Shown: piece after piece, positions 26,996 through 38,859 of the stretch
Layout: every line of letters begins with the position of its first letter
Position numbering within the stretch: position 1 is the stretch's first letter
Assembly (NCBI RefSeq): GCF_018350175.1
Contig: NC_058368.1
Span: 163,434,001 to 163,498,000 of the forward strand
Length of the DNA: 64,000 nt
Direction of reading: 5' to 3'
Source: Felis catus
Lineage: Eukaryota
Made by a program: the position numbers and the translations under genes
The notes under the pieces: generated by a model
What the model saw: the letters and a program-made list of their open reading frames with translations, nothing else
What the model was told of the DNA's origin: nothing
The model's database searches: none

Positions 26996-28009
26996 GAGTG
27001 TATTTTGCAATTTTTGCATATTTGCAGGGTTTTGTATACAACTTTTGTAATAATTACACAAACCACGGATATAGTGAAAACTACCCAATGTCTTCAGCAG
27101 AAAGAAATGTGTTGTATTGTATTAAAATGAAGATGATATTTTGTTATGTAGCTGATATAAATTAAAAACCAGCATCAGAGTTTACATACATGTGTAAATC
27201 CAGGCTCTCTTTTAAATTTAAAGAGGGGTTTTGCCTGTGTATCAATCAGGAGGTAAATAATTTAATAAAAGGTGATCTAGCTAAGAGGAAACCTGTGTCT
27301 CAAGTTACATATGCAAATAGACCCATCAATATAGGTTACTACTAGTTTTCTTTTTAAAGAATAATTTCACTCCAATTCCATGTATTCATGGGAATATTCA
27401 TCTCTTACAGGAACTATGAATTACTTTTATAACATCTTTTTTCATAATTCATCAATGCAGTTTAGTAAGAACGTGATCACTTTTCTTTGTGTAATAATCA
27501 GACTCTAGAACCCTTTCTTCAAAATGCCTGTATTTGCAATCCAGGCATCTTAGTAGTGGCACATTAGAGATTTAATTGACTCATCATGAAAACAATACAG
27601 AGTGCTTTGCAAAAAAAAGTATATTAATTAGAATGTCTTCCAGCTATGTTTTTAAAAATCTAACATAACCTAGATTTTTTTCTTCTCATACACCAAAGAA
27701 GATCTGATTGAAAGATTACTTCCCATATATTCACCTTCCTGGTATAGCTTAATTTGGGCATCCTACCCAAATAGAAGCTTCACCTTTTTTTTTTTATTCT
27801 TATCTTCCTTCTCAAATAAGGATATATTTACCTCCCTTTGCCCACTCCTTTATGCCCCTTTCAGTGCATACTGGTAAACATGTAAATATAGAATGATAAC
27901 ACTATTCTGAGGTATATGTGCCTGTTCATAGTATGTAAGATATTTTTATTTCAACATCAGAATTAGTCCAGTACCCCCCCCCCCCCCGCCCCCGCCAAGA
28001 CACATGTTT

Positions 28010-28135
28010 TATAGGTTGACTTTGATGCTGTTCAAGTTTGCTTACATTGAGGAAATTAGTTGACTTGCACTCAGGTCATCTTTTGTGGTGCAATATTTGA
28101 TCATCAGCTCCATTAGCTGCTTTTTTAAATGTTAC
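28010..28135 (-). pseudogene. Possible downstream decayed exon of the same lost gene
   Basis: tgtag acceptor; KKQLMELMIKYCTTKDDLSASQLISSM*ANLNSIKVNL* (needs a frameshift after the acceptor). Confidence 0.3.
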
Positions 28136-28674
28136 CTACATCAAATCTTATTCCTAAACAGTTTACAATGACTCAATGGATGCAAAAAATAAAAATGATA
28201 AATGATAAGGAGGTGAAAAAGATAAATGGAGAACAAAGATAAAAATGGAGAACAAAGATAAAAAGAAAAATTAATACGAGAGTAGTTCCTATTACACCTG
28301 CTCAGGCCAAGACATTGGCTCTAACCTTTCTAGCAGCTCATTAAATAAAACTTGATTAGTTATATAATTCATAAATCCATTAAACATTTAGAATTCCTAA
28401 TTATAAGGACAGAAAAACTTGTTCCCAAGTATCTTCTGAAAGACAGCAGCAAGATGTGTGAGTAAAGTCTTCAACAATATCCACAGAGTAAATACATTTT
28501 GCAAGTCTGTTCTTACATATATCCCTCAATATAGCCTGTGACATCTTATATCTCATATAAGCAAATGGCATTATAAAAAAAGACACAGAAAAAGAAAATC
28601 TGCTGGGGCATTATAAACCTGTCCTAGTATACTACCCTTATTCTACTAACCTGGCTTAAAGATGGTAGACTAGA

Positions 28675-28901
28675 GGGGCGCCTGGGTGGCGCAGTCGGTT
28701 AAGCGTCCGACTTCAGCCAGGTCACGATCTCGCGGTCCGGGAGTTCGAGCCCCGCGTCAGGCTCTGGGTTGATGGCTCAGAGCCTGGAGCCTGTTTCCGA
28801 TTCTGTGTCTCCCTCTCTCTCTGCCCCTCCCCCGTTCATGCTCTGTCTCTCTCTGTCCCAAAAATAAATAAACGTTGAAAAAAAAAAAATTAAAAAAAAA
28901 A
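28675..28901 (+). mobile_element. Young felid SINE (SINEC_Fc-like)
   Basis: ggggcgcctgggtggcgcagtcggttaagcgtccgact; perfect 17-bp TSD aaagatggtagactaga at 28658-28674 and 28902-28918. Confidence 0.96.
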
Positions 28902-29584
28902 AAAGATGGTAGACTAGAAATGAATGAACTGCATTGCCTTCAAGCAATCTCTCCATTGATTATCATTCTTAGCTGAATTTCATTCACTGAGACACTCAGA
29001 GAATGCACTGCCTGGGAAGCGTCTCAAGAAGTGGATCCCATCCCTGGCTTCACAGCAGAATCCCCTGGGGAATTTAAGAAAAAAAATAGGCACTCCTTCC
29101 AGAGAGCCTGATTTAGTTGACTTACAGTAGGACATTGGTATAAGTCACGTTTTTTAATTTCTCTAGGTAATTCTAATGTGCATCCAGAGTTGAAAACCAT
29201 TGTTTTTGAGAATTGGCTATTCAACTTTGCCAGTTACTACAAGTAGATAGCTATATTTGCACATAAATTATAGTTTACAGATGTTTGGACAGAGGAGACA
29301 GGGTCTGAGGTATTTTGTTTTGACCATTAGTACCACGATTGGAATACCTCAATTGTTCATTGTTTTAAACTAGATAATTAAAATAGGTATAATTGACTTA
29401 TTAAAAAGGCGAAGAGAAACAGCTGGGCTTTGATTTTTTTTTTTTTTTTACATTAAATTATCCAGAGACTATTGTTTGGGGGATGTAAAAGAACAGTCAT
29501 TCACTGATTTGGCTCTGAATTATCATATGCATAAAATCTTTTGTTCTAAGCTTTCTTCTTAGTTTATTATAATTTTTAATATAT

Positions 29585-29781
29585 TAATTTTTTTTAAGTT
29601 TTATTTATTTTGAGAGAGCATGTACGAGCAAGGGAGAAGCAGAGAGTAGGAGAGAGAATCCCAAGCAGGCTCTACACTGTCAGCATGGAGTCCTACAAGG
29701 GGCTCAGACTTATGAACCGTGAGATCATGACCTGGACTGAAACCAAGAGCTGGACGCTTAACCAACTCACACAGGTACCCC
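29585..29781 (-). mobile_element. CAN-SINE
   Basis: Reverse-complement SINE body (agaatcccaagcaggctc...gagatcatgacc). Confidence 0.88.
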
Positions 29782-30117
29782 ATCTTCTTAGTTTATTAAA
29801 TCAGCTTATTATTTTTCAAAATTCCCATGTATCTTTAAACTCTCATTCAAATGTTATATAAATTGAGTATTTAAGTAGCTGAATGATAAGGGAAGCCACA
29901 GACTTGGTTTTAGGGCTTATTCCCCAGACTGTCACCTACTTAGTAGCCCAAAGTCGATGTCAAAGTTAATGTAGCCTATAGCAATACTTCTCAGACTTCA
30001 GCAACTATAAGTATCAACTGGGGCTACTTATTGTAAGAGGACTAACTCTTGGTCCCATTCCCAGAGTTTCTGATTCACTACATTGAGCGGGGCCTAGACC
30101 TCTGCATTTTTAAAAAA

Positions 30118-30315
30118 AGTTTATTTATTTTGAGAGAGAGAGAAAGCGCATGTGAGTGGGGGAGAGGCAGAGAGAGAGAGAGAGGGAGAGAGAGAATCCC
30201 AAGCAGGCTCCACTCTATTAGCATGGACCAGGAAGCGGGGCTTGATCTCATGAACCATGAGATCATGATCTGAGCCAAAATCAAAGCTTAACTGACTGAG
30301 CCACCCAGGAGCCCC
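30118..30315 (-). mobile_element. CAN-SINE inserted into a MER5-like element
   Basis: SINE body flanked by duplicated ctctgcat.ttt. Confidence 0.88.
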
Positions 30316-31539
30316 AGATCTCTGCATCTTTAAGAAGTACCCCTGGTGATTTGGATCCAGGTGTTTCATGGACCATCTACAGGAAATACGGTCCTACAAG
30401 GATTAGCTAAGCCTTAGATTATTAGGCACACAAAGCCGTTTGCTCAAATATGTGGTCTCTATAGAGCAAAAGGCCCAGAAGCCAACTCTCCTTATCATCC
30501 TCACTCCAAGGAGAAGCCACATTCGACTTCTCTCTCAAATGGCCATGCCCTTACTGTCCTTCCAGCTTCTAGACATTTTTCCAGATGCCTAGACTTCCCC
30601 ATCAAACTCTTACCTCACTGGGTTATAATTAAGTAAGAACAAAATTTTTTTGGCTCATTATCTCATAACAGGATTTAGGGACACAAAAACTATCATCAGA
30701 TCTGTCTCTCTCTGTCTCTCCCTCATTTTCTCATTCTCTGTCTCTTAACACACTCTCTTTCTCTCCCCTGCAGCTGTTTTCCTCTGTGCTGGTTTCATAC
30801 TCTAGAATTTTCTTTCTATGTGATATGAAAGATATCTCTGGTAGATGTCTGAAAATTTGAGAGAGCCTCCCCTACCTTCCCCATATCTATATCACTCCCC
30901 CAAAGGATTCAGAAACACAGTAACACTAGTATTTTCTTCTTCAGAAATGACAGTAGATTCACAAAGATATATCCATCAGCCTTTATAGTTCACTCTTTTA
31001 GGAGTTAGGAAAGTGAGGAAAAGTTTTTCTTGGACCTTCTATGGCCATGGTCATTTCTGAGCTAATCCTTAGCAAAGGGAATGGGATTATTTTTATACCA
31101 CTCAGGCCCATGCATGAAGCTTGATGGGATGAAATTTCCCTAAGTCTCATGGCTCCAAAAGAGAAGTGCTAGACACTGAAACAAAATTCAGACAGGAAAG
31201 AGAGGTAGAAGAAAATGGTTGTTAAGGAGGCAACCAACAGTCCACTACAGGCTAGCTGTACTCTAAGTTTAGAGAATAAAATTCATTTATCAATAGATAC
31301 CTGCTAAACTCCCAAAACCTCAAAAAGCTCACAATGTTGAAGGGCAAAAAGCATAAAATCATTGGATTAAACTCAGTGATTAAAGTAGAGCAACACACCT
31401 GACAAAGTTTGTAGTCAGGGATCATAGACGGTATATATTAATACTCAAGAAGGCATTTAATAGAAAAAAATTAAATGGAAGTTGTTGGTGGGCAAAAAGT
31501 CTGCATAGTTCTTCAATAATTAATTAGCTTTTTAATCAC

Positions 31540-31747
31540 CTTAGGGCTTCTCTAAAAATCAAATATTGCATAGTTTGTTCAATATGTAGTTGATACTCTT
31601 CCAATAAGAATATAATTTCAGAATACCAACAAGTATCTAATAAAAATTCCAAAAAAGCAAAAGTTCTGGGTGACAGTTGAAAGTATGTTCTGAAACAAAG
31701 GCTGCAAAATATTGCGTTGGTCCCAAAGTTCCTGGACTGAAAAGAGC
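31540..31747 (-). pseudogene. Putative decayed exon of a lost RGS-like gene (5' end approximate)
   Basis: Open frame AFLEFLLDTCWYSEIIFLLEEYQLH ending at aag|gtgatt donor. Confidence 0.5.
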
Positions 31748-31869
31748 CTGAATTCCAGATCAAAGTTTAAAAAACATTTTAGTGTCATTTTCACATTTGT
31801 ATATGATAATATTTAAACTCTAAATCATGTTAGTTTTCTTAAAATATCTAATATATCCCTTTCATTATT

Positions 31870-32105
31870 TTTATTATTTTTTGTTTTTAAAATTTTTTTA
31901 ATGTTTTTATTTATTTTTGAGACAGAGAGAGACAGAGCATGAGCAGGGGAGGGGCAGAGAGAAAGGGAGACACAGAATCCGAAGCGGGCTCCAGGCTCCG
32001 AGCTGTCAGCACAGAGCCCGAAGCGGGACTCAAACTCACGGACTGTGAGATCATGACCTGAGCCGAAGTCAGATGCTTAACTGACTGAGCCACCCAGGTG
32101 CCCCT
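31870..32105 (-). mobile_element. CAN-SINE
   Basis: Full body; ccctttcattattt duplication at both ends. Confidence 0.93.
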
Positions 32106-32247
32106 CCCTTTCATTATTTAGATAGATTAGAAGAGATATGTGCATTCTAATTAGAATATAAGTCAATTGATTATTGACTGACTGACAGTCATAGCGGGAA
32201 GGAGGAAAAGAAGGACAGAGGGAGAGATGAAGGTGACATCCACATAC

Positions 32248-32579
32248 ATAGATTTCTCATCAAGAGTTCTTCAGGATAGTTTTTACCAGTGCAGTGAATG
32301 GCTGACATCTGGTGGTAAAACAAAAAATTTGCATGGATTTGTGCACTCATAAAAGGGGCTATTCAGTGAATGATGTCTGTGTCTTCAAGAACAACTTAAA
32401 ATGCTACTAGTCATCCAGTTTTTATGTTTACATCATGCCATACATCCAGGTATTCGAAAAGATCTGGAACATCAGGTGTCACATAGATACTGACAGTACC
32501 CATGTCCTCTTTGCCAATGCAGTCACCAGAGAACAGAAAATCATGAAATTGTTTGGCTATTTTTTTTTTAATGTGAGCA
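32248..32579 (-). pseudogene. Putative decayed exon of a lost RGS-like gene
   Basis: tgtttatttttgcctcaag / gtatgt; one frame gives QFHDFL...FEYLDVWHDV...MSAQIHANFL with three in-frame stops. Confidence 0.55.
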
Positions 32580-32689
32580 CTTGAGGCAAAAATAAACATA
32601 TATAATGTCTTTCAAAATCATTTTCTTACTTTTAAGAAATAAGAGAAAATAAAAATTTGGTCCATAAAAGTAAAAAAGTTGGGGGCTTA

Positions 32690-33815
32690 ATATTGATCCC
32701 TGGGAAAGAAGATGCAGCCAGTAATTATGCCAAAGGCCATGACATCATTGGCAAGGAGATTACTGACCTAGCCTTGATCTGAAAACTGGTGGATCTGTGT
32801 ACAGGGCTATGGGACTTGCATATCTTCCACAGCTTCAGGGGCAGCACCAGCTCTAGGTTTGTGCCTCTGCTTATGGAACAGCTCTTGGTAGTCTATGGCA
32901 GGAAGTCCAAACTCAAAGTTGCCAATCCCCCAGGTTTCCACAGTCATGGTGGAGCCCCACAATTCCTTCCTGATCACCCACCCGACCCTGGATCATTCTC
33001 ACTGTGCCTTCACGGTCAGTGAGGAAGCCATCTATGACATATGTCGACACAACCTAGATACCAAACGGCCCATATATACCAATCTCATTCATGTGATTGG
33101 GCAGATTGTGTCCACCATCACTACCTCTCAGCAACTTGACACTACCCTGAATGTGAATTTGACAGAATTCCCAAACAACCTGGTCCCATATGCACTTTCC
33201 ACTGGCTACCAATCCCCAGGCATCTCAGCTAAGAAGGCCTATGATGAGTAGCTGCTTGTGGCCAAGATCACCAATGCCTGCAAGCCAGGCAATCAGAATG
33301 CCAAGTATGACCCTTGCTGAAGCAATATGTCGTCTGTAGCATGTAACTGGGACATGGTCCCAAAGATGTCAACACAGCCATTACCAGCATCAGGATGAAG
33401 TGCACCATCCAGCTTGTGGATGTTGCCCAACTAGATTTAAAGTGGGGTCAACTACCAGCCCCCCAATTGTCATCCCCAGGGGAGACCTGGTCAAAGTGTA
33501 GCAGACTATGTGCATACTGTGCAACACCACTGCCATGGCTAAGGTCTGGGCCTCCCTGAACCAAAAGTATGATCTCATGTAAGCAAAGTGAATATGGGAG
33601 AAGGCATCTATGAAGGGGAGTTCTCTGAGGCCCTGAAGAACCTCGCAGCTCTGGAGAAAGATGAAGAAGAGGTGGGCATGGATTCTGGAGGAACAGGCCA
33701 AAAAGGGGGAAGATACTAGAGTGCAGCTGGCAGGTATTTCTCTCAGGTGGCTTTCTCCTGCTACCCCTCAGAATGGCTGGTTTCAAGTTGTTTACAATTA
33801 AAGTTTCTGCATTAA
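32690..33815 (+). pseudogene. 5'-truncated processed alpha-tubulin pseudogene (TUBA3-like parent)
   Basis: Degenerate [13 protein letters not shown], HSFxGxTxSxF, VEPHNS..., [19 protein letters not shown] and C-terminal Y-stop (33714-33719); multiple stops and frameshifts; no introns; 3' UTR with ATTAAA at 33797. Confidence 0.93.
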
Positions 33816-33898
33816 ATGAGTAAAATCGTAACTCTATGAATACTAAAAACGATTAAATTTTCACTTTAAATGAGTGAATTTTATGGTATGTTAATTTT

Positions 33899-33926
33899 AC
33901 ACACACACACACACACGCGCGCGCGC
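33899..33926. repeat. (AC)n(GC)n compound microsatellite
   Basis: acacacacacacacacacgcgcgcgcgc. Confidence 0.9.
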
Positions 33927-33929
33927 AGT

Positions 33930-34411
33930 CATATTCAAACCCAGTAAACCACGTCCATCCTCAAAGCCTGAAAACTCCCGATCACAGGTGGGCCATGGAG
34001 AAATGCCTCCATGTCTTCCAAACCTGAGTCATAGCTCCTTCAAATACTGAATCATTCCTACCCCTACCAAGCGCCTCACTAAGTAATTCCCTAGCTTTAC
34101 ACTTGTGAAAATACCCTATAGATGTCCTGCTTAGGCCAGTGCTATACACTTCTCCAAGGACATTCCTGCGACACGGCCTTCCTTGCTTAGGGAGAGACCC
34201 ACAGATACCGGAATGTTTCTGTTGCATGTGGAAGTCTGTGTCCCACAGCAGAATTTCTCTGCCTGGTGTTGTCCTCTTGCTGTATGTCCCCATCCCACCA
34301 TCAGGTAGATCTATTGCCTACTTTAGATTTCTCAACTCAGGGAGCCTCTGTCCGTGAGATTCAAAACCTAAAAGACAGAGGGCCTTCCAGTAGGGAGAGA
34401 TGTGAAGCTAG
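33930..34411 (-). pseudogene. Putative decayed exon with a near-complete RGS-like domain (3' end approximate)
   Basis: ctctttccatag acceptor about 100 nt after the previous donor; contains 103-aa ORF 34293-33982 with TTPGREILLWDTD, LGEVYST and DSVFEGAMTQVWKTWRHF. Confidence 0.55.
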
Positions 34412-34509
34412 CTATGGAAAGAGCTGCGTATGTGTGGGAGGAGAACAGAAAGCATTCAGCTTTCTGCTCCTTCACTACCTTCACTGCCCATTCCATCTTC
34501 CCTACTCAC

Positions 34510-35312
34510 ATATGACCAGTCCTTCATCACAGTTGGAATAAAAACTCTTTACCAATGGAGCCAAACACAGCTTTCTCCTCCGAGTTAACTGAAATGTCAT
34601 ATTGCTTCAGTAAAGCCCTGTATCCCAATGACCTTGGCAATCTAGGTATCTTAGTAAAATTCTACACTATGCTAAGACTTTTAGGTTATGACAAGAATTC
34701 AAAGGAAGATTTAGAATTAAAGGCTAATAACTCAAGTTTGTGAGGTAGGATAGGAGATATTCCTAAGAATTTCTGATTCTTTTTCTGGAAAAAAAAAAAA
34801 AAGTTCTCTCTCCAGTTTTCCAACCAAAAATTGAGGTAAAAATAGAAAAAGTGATATTCTGTATAAATTACACTGGATTGTAAATTCCTCAGCAAAGACA
34901 AAGTACTATGTGATTGCAAAGTAATATGTTATTGCTGAGACCAACGCTCTGTCTCATTCAGTATGTACTGGCAGATGAGGATGAGATTTTTGAGAACTTG
35001 CAAGCTTTATTTGCAGTCCCTTAAATGTGGTGTTAGCATCAGCTATATCCATCAAAAGGGGGAAGGGGGCCAAACGCTCTGCTGCCATCATTCATAAAGC
35101 TAGAAAACTTGCTTGAGCATCTGTTTGATCTGCCAGGTAATATAAATAATGTCATAGAGTATGCACAATCAGTCACCAGATGCTTTGGATCGCTGCCTCA
35201 GCAGTGATTAACAAGAAATGTGGCAGGTCAACTATAAGTGCAGCAAAGAGAATGTCTTGGCCTCTCCAAAGGGAAACATATTAATTAAAGTTTTATTCTG
35301 GAGAGTTCTGAA
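34510..35312 (-). pseudogene. Putative large decayed exon of a lost RGS-like gene
   Basis: atgcacag acceptor and gtgagt donor; long protein-like frames with scattered stops (WRGQDILFAALIVDLPHFLL...; YLNFWLENW...KFLGISP; SLSIV*NF). Confidence 0.5.
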
Positions 35313-35339
35313 CTGTGCATAAATGAATGCTGAATTTTT

Positions 35340-36070
35340 ATCCCCTGGATTCCAGACTCTTATCCAAATATCTACCCAACAGTTCTACTTCAATGTATAA
35401 TAAGCATCTCAAACTCAACATGTTGAAACTGAACTTTTCTTTTCTTTCCCAAGTCTCTTCCTCCTAGTCTTCCTCATCTTAGTGGCAACTCCATCTTTCC
35501 AGTTATGCAAGCCTAAAAAGTTTAGAGTCATCATAGATTTCTCTCTTCTTCTAAACATCCACCTCCAGTGTCAGCAAATCCTGTTTACCTTCAAAATACA
35601 ACAGATATTAGCCATTTCTAACCACCTCCATTACTACCAGTGCCATCATCATCTCTCACCTCAATTACTGCAACAGCCTCATAACCAGTCTTCCATTGCC
35701 CTTTCTCTGTCCATTCTCAATCCAGCTTCCAGAGTAATTATCTAAAAAAATAAGAATTGATATCATGTCACTTTTCTCAAATACTTTCAGTGAGTTCCCA
35801 TATTACTCAGACTAAAAATAAAGTCGATATGAGGCCTGAAACAATTTATTCTACCACTTTGCCTCTATGATCTTCTGTTATACTCCCTACTACTCTGTTC
35901 TAGGTCTCCTGGGCCCCTTACTATTCCTCAAAACCACAGACACAGAAACACTGAAGCATCTTTGCGCTTGCTATTCCTTCTCTCTGGAATGCTCTTCCCC
36001 CAGGTATACACATGGCTCCTTTTCTCACTTTATTCAAAACTTTGCTCATGTGTCACCTCCTTCTGTTAGT
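35340..36070. mobile_element. L2 fragment
   Basis: gcatctcaaactcaacatg...ggcaactccatctttccagtt...ctggaatgctcttcccc hallmark L2 motifs. Confidence 0.75.
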
Positions 36071-38859
36071 TGATTTCTCTGCTCCCTATTGTGTTCCTGA
36101 CTTCATTCATGCTTTTTTTATGTAGCTGTAATTTATTCATTTTCACTGCCACTTAGTATTCTATTGTATGAATATGCCACAATTTATTTATCCATTCTAT
36201 TGATGGATAGCTATGGTGTTTCTAATGTTTGCTATTGCAAAAAAAAAAAAAATCCTCCTATAAACATTCATGAACATAGCACCTGGTGCAAAATGCTGCA
36301 TTATAGACTTGTGCATCTTCAGCTTTGGTATAGAATGCTAAACTGTTTTTCAGAAATAGTTGTATCAATTTATACACTCACCAACTATATATAACTGTAT
36401 TGTCTGCTCTACAGCCTTGCTGAGATTTTTAATTATTCCCAATATGGCAGTTTTTAAATCATCTTTAATAATGGTTTTGATCTGCATTTTTTTTTTTCTG
36501 GCTATCAATGAGATTGGGCATCTTTTAATATACTGATCAACTGTATCAGGATTTGAAGAGGGAACAAATGACATGTTAGGATAATCAAAGGAACTAAGTA
36601 CAAAGATGTTCATGGAGTGTAGGTGAATCCAGACTGTCAGCAATAGAGCTGCTTCTACTCCTAGATCCAAAAGGATAAGAGGAGGGAAAGGTTACTGGAA
36701 ACCTAGAGGAATAGTCTTATGAAGCAGGAAACTTTGGTTGGAAGAAACAGCTAGAGTGAGGAAGGGATCAAGGAGAATAAATATCTCAACTTCACTCTCC
36801 TCTCCTGATCTTCTGACAGGTATTCCCATTGGCTGAATCCAAATGGATGTCAAAGAGGATGAGAACGCTGCTGAGGCCAGGATCCTAAACGAAGCATGGG
36901 GTGAAGAATGTAAAGTTGGTATATAGGGGCAAACAAAAGATATTTGCGGGAGCTATTCATTTTTACTTTTCTCTCCTATGAGTAGGAGACTTTCGCCCAT
37001 TTTTATATTAGGTTATTTTTTTCATATTGATTTATATTAGTTCTTTATGTGGACAATTATTTCTATTGCAAATAAAATTAGTTTCTTTCTGATCATTATG
37101 ACTTTTCTTTCTTTTTTCTTGCCTTAATATACTGGCTAGAGCCCCCAATAATTAAAACCAGTGATATTTGTCTGGTTCATGATCTTACACAGAATATTTG
37201 CAAATTTGTCTTCATTAAGTATAAAGCCTATTATAGGCTTTTTTTTTTTCTTAACAGCATATACTGAATCAGGATAAGGAAATGCTTTTCTGAGTTTGCC
37301 AAGAGGTTTTTGTTATTGTTGTTGTTTTAAATTTCAAATGGATGTTAACATTCAGCAAATATTTTTTCTCCATCTGCTAAATACAGGGTCTACAAACTAC
37401 TGTCTTCAAAGGCCAAATTCGGCCAACAATTTTTTTTTTTTTTTTGTAAATACAGTTTTATTGGAAAAGAGCCACACTCACTTGTTTAAGTACAATATGG
37501 CTGCTTTCATACTACAATGGCAAAATGTGTAGTTCTGTGGCCTGCAAATCTAAAAATACTTACTATCTAGTTAGCCCTTTGCAGAACTTTGTCAACTAGA
37601 TGGTTATACAACTTTCCTTTTTACCTCTGATCATATGGCTTAGGTGGCTGTTCTCAAAGCGAACACCCCAAATCCATTCTCTGCCCTTTACTGCTCTATT
37701 CCCTCTGAGGCTTATTTTCACTTAATTGCATCCCCAAGCTCCCTTGCCACTGGCTTTTCATGAGGGCTGACAAATGAGAGGCAGTAACAGGAGATGGGAG
37801 GGTGGTAGCCCTCATTGGTCACAGTTCTGACTTGTTATGGTTCTGGCAGAGGATACATTCTTCTACGGCTACAAAGACTTATGGTTAAACCCTTTTCCAT
37901 AATTCCATTTCTCGCTAAGCATTTCCTCTCTTTGCCTTTGCCCTTTCAATCCTAGAGGTTTCTGGCTATTGTTAGTCACCCAAAGGATGTCCAAGTATCT
38001 GTTATGGGTTCCATTAATCCTTCTGTAAACTGTTCCTTAAATTTCTTTCAGTTATAACTATCTTTTGTGTTTCATCTCTTTCTTGCTATGTCTCTTAGAA
38101 ATGCAGCTGTTAATTATACAAACTGCTTTTCTAACATTAAACCAACCTTGAATTTTGGGGATCTACTCAATTGGTCATATTGCATATTGTTATAGGTCAC
38201 TGCATTCAGTTTGCTTTTTTTTTTTTTTTTTTTCCTTTTAGGTCTTTGTATTTCTATTTATGAGAGAATAACCTGTTATTTTCCTTTCTTATTCTGTCCT
38301 TTTTAGATTTTGATATCATGATTCTGCTACCCTCATGCCAAGATTTAAGGAGTGTTCTGTTTTTCTAGATTGAATAATTTATATAAGATAGTATGTATTC
38401 TTTATGTTTTGTTACAAACTTTTGGAAAAATCATCTGGCTTATTATTTTAAAATCACTTTTGCAAGTTAAATTTTTTTAGAATTTATCCATTTTATTAAG
38501 TCTTCAAATTTATTGAAACAAAGTTGTGACACCCTCTTTTAAATATATGCCTCATATCTGGTTCTGACCCTTTTGACCTCACAGTATTATTTACAAATTT
38601 CCTAGATTTATTGTTTTAGTAGGATTGCTAACTCTTCCCTCAGTGCATGTCATTACATGTTTATTTTCTATTCCATTAATATCTATTATCTTCATGATTT
38701 CAATTATTGTATTTTCTTTAGGATTATTCACTTGTTATTTTTACATCACATTAAATTAAATGCTAAGCTCATTACTTTTTAACTCTTATTTTTTTTCCAA
38801 GATAGGCACGTAAGTCATAAATTATCCTCTAAGGACAATTTGGGCTGTATCCCACAATT

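Noticed and set aside
32248..32599. Possible hAT/Charlie transposase remnant (DFLF...DLFEYLD...IIH)
   Set aside because: No TDGA or CxxH motifs and no terminal repeats seen; splice-site boundaries and RGS-like motif order fit better. Not fully excluded without a Dfam scan.
32895..33251. 118-aa ORF as a functional tubulin fragment
   Set aside because: It is part of the processed pseudogene, flanked by stops and frameshifts and heavily substituted.
34961..35136. Apparent + strand exon (cag|YVLADEDEIFENLQ...LEHLFDLP|gtaata)
   Set aside because: Two in-frame stops and no recognisable family. It is more simply the antisense shadow of the - strand pseudo-exon, which fits with neighbouring segments.
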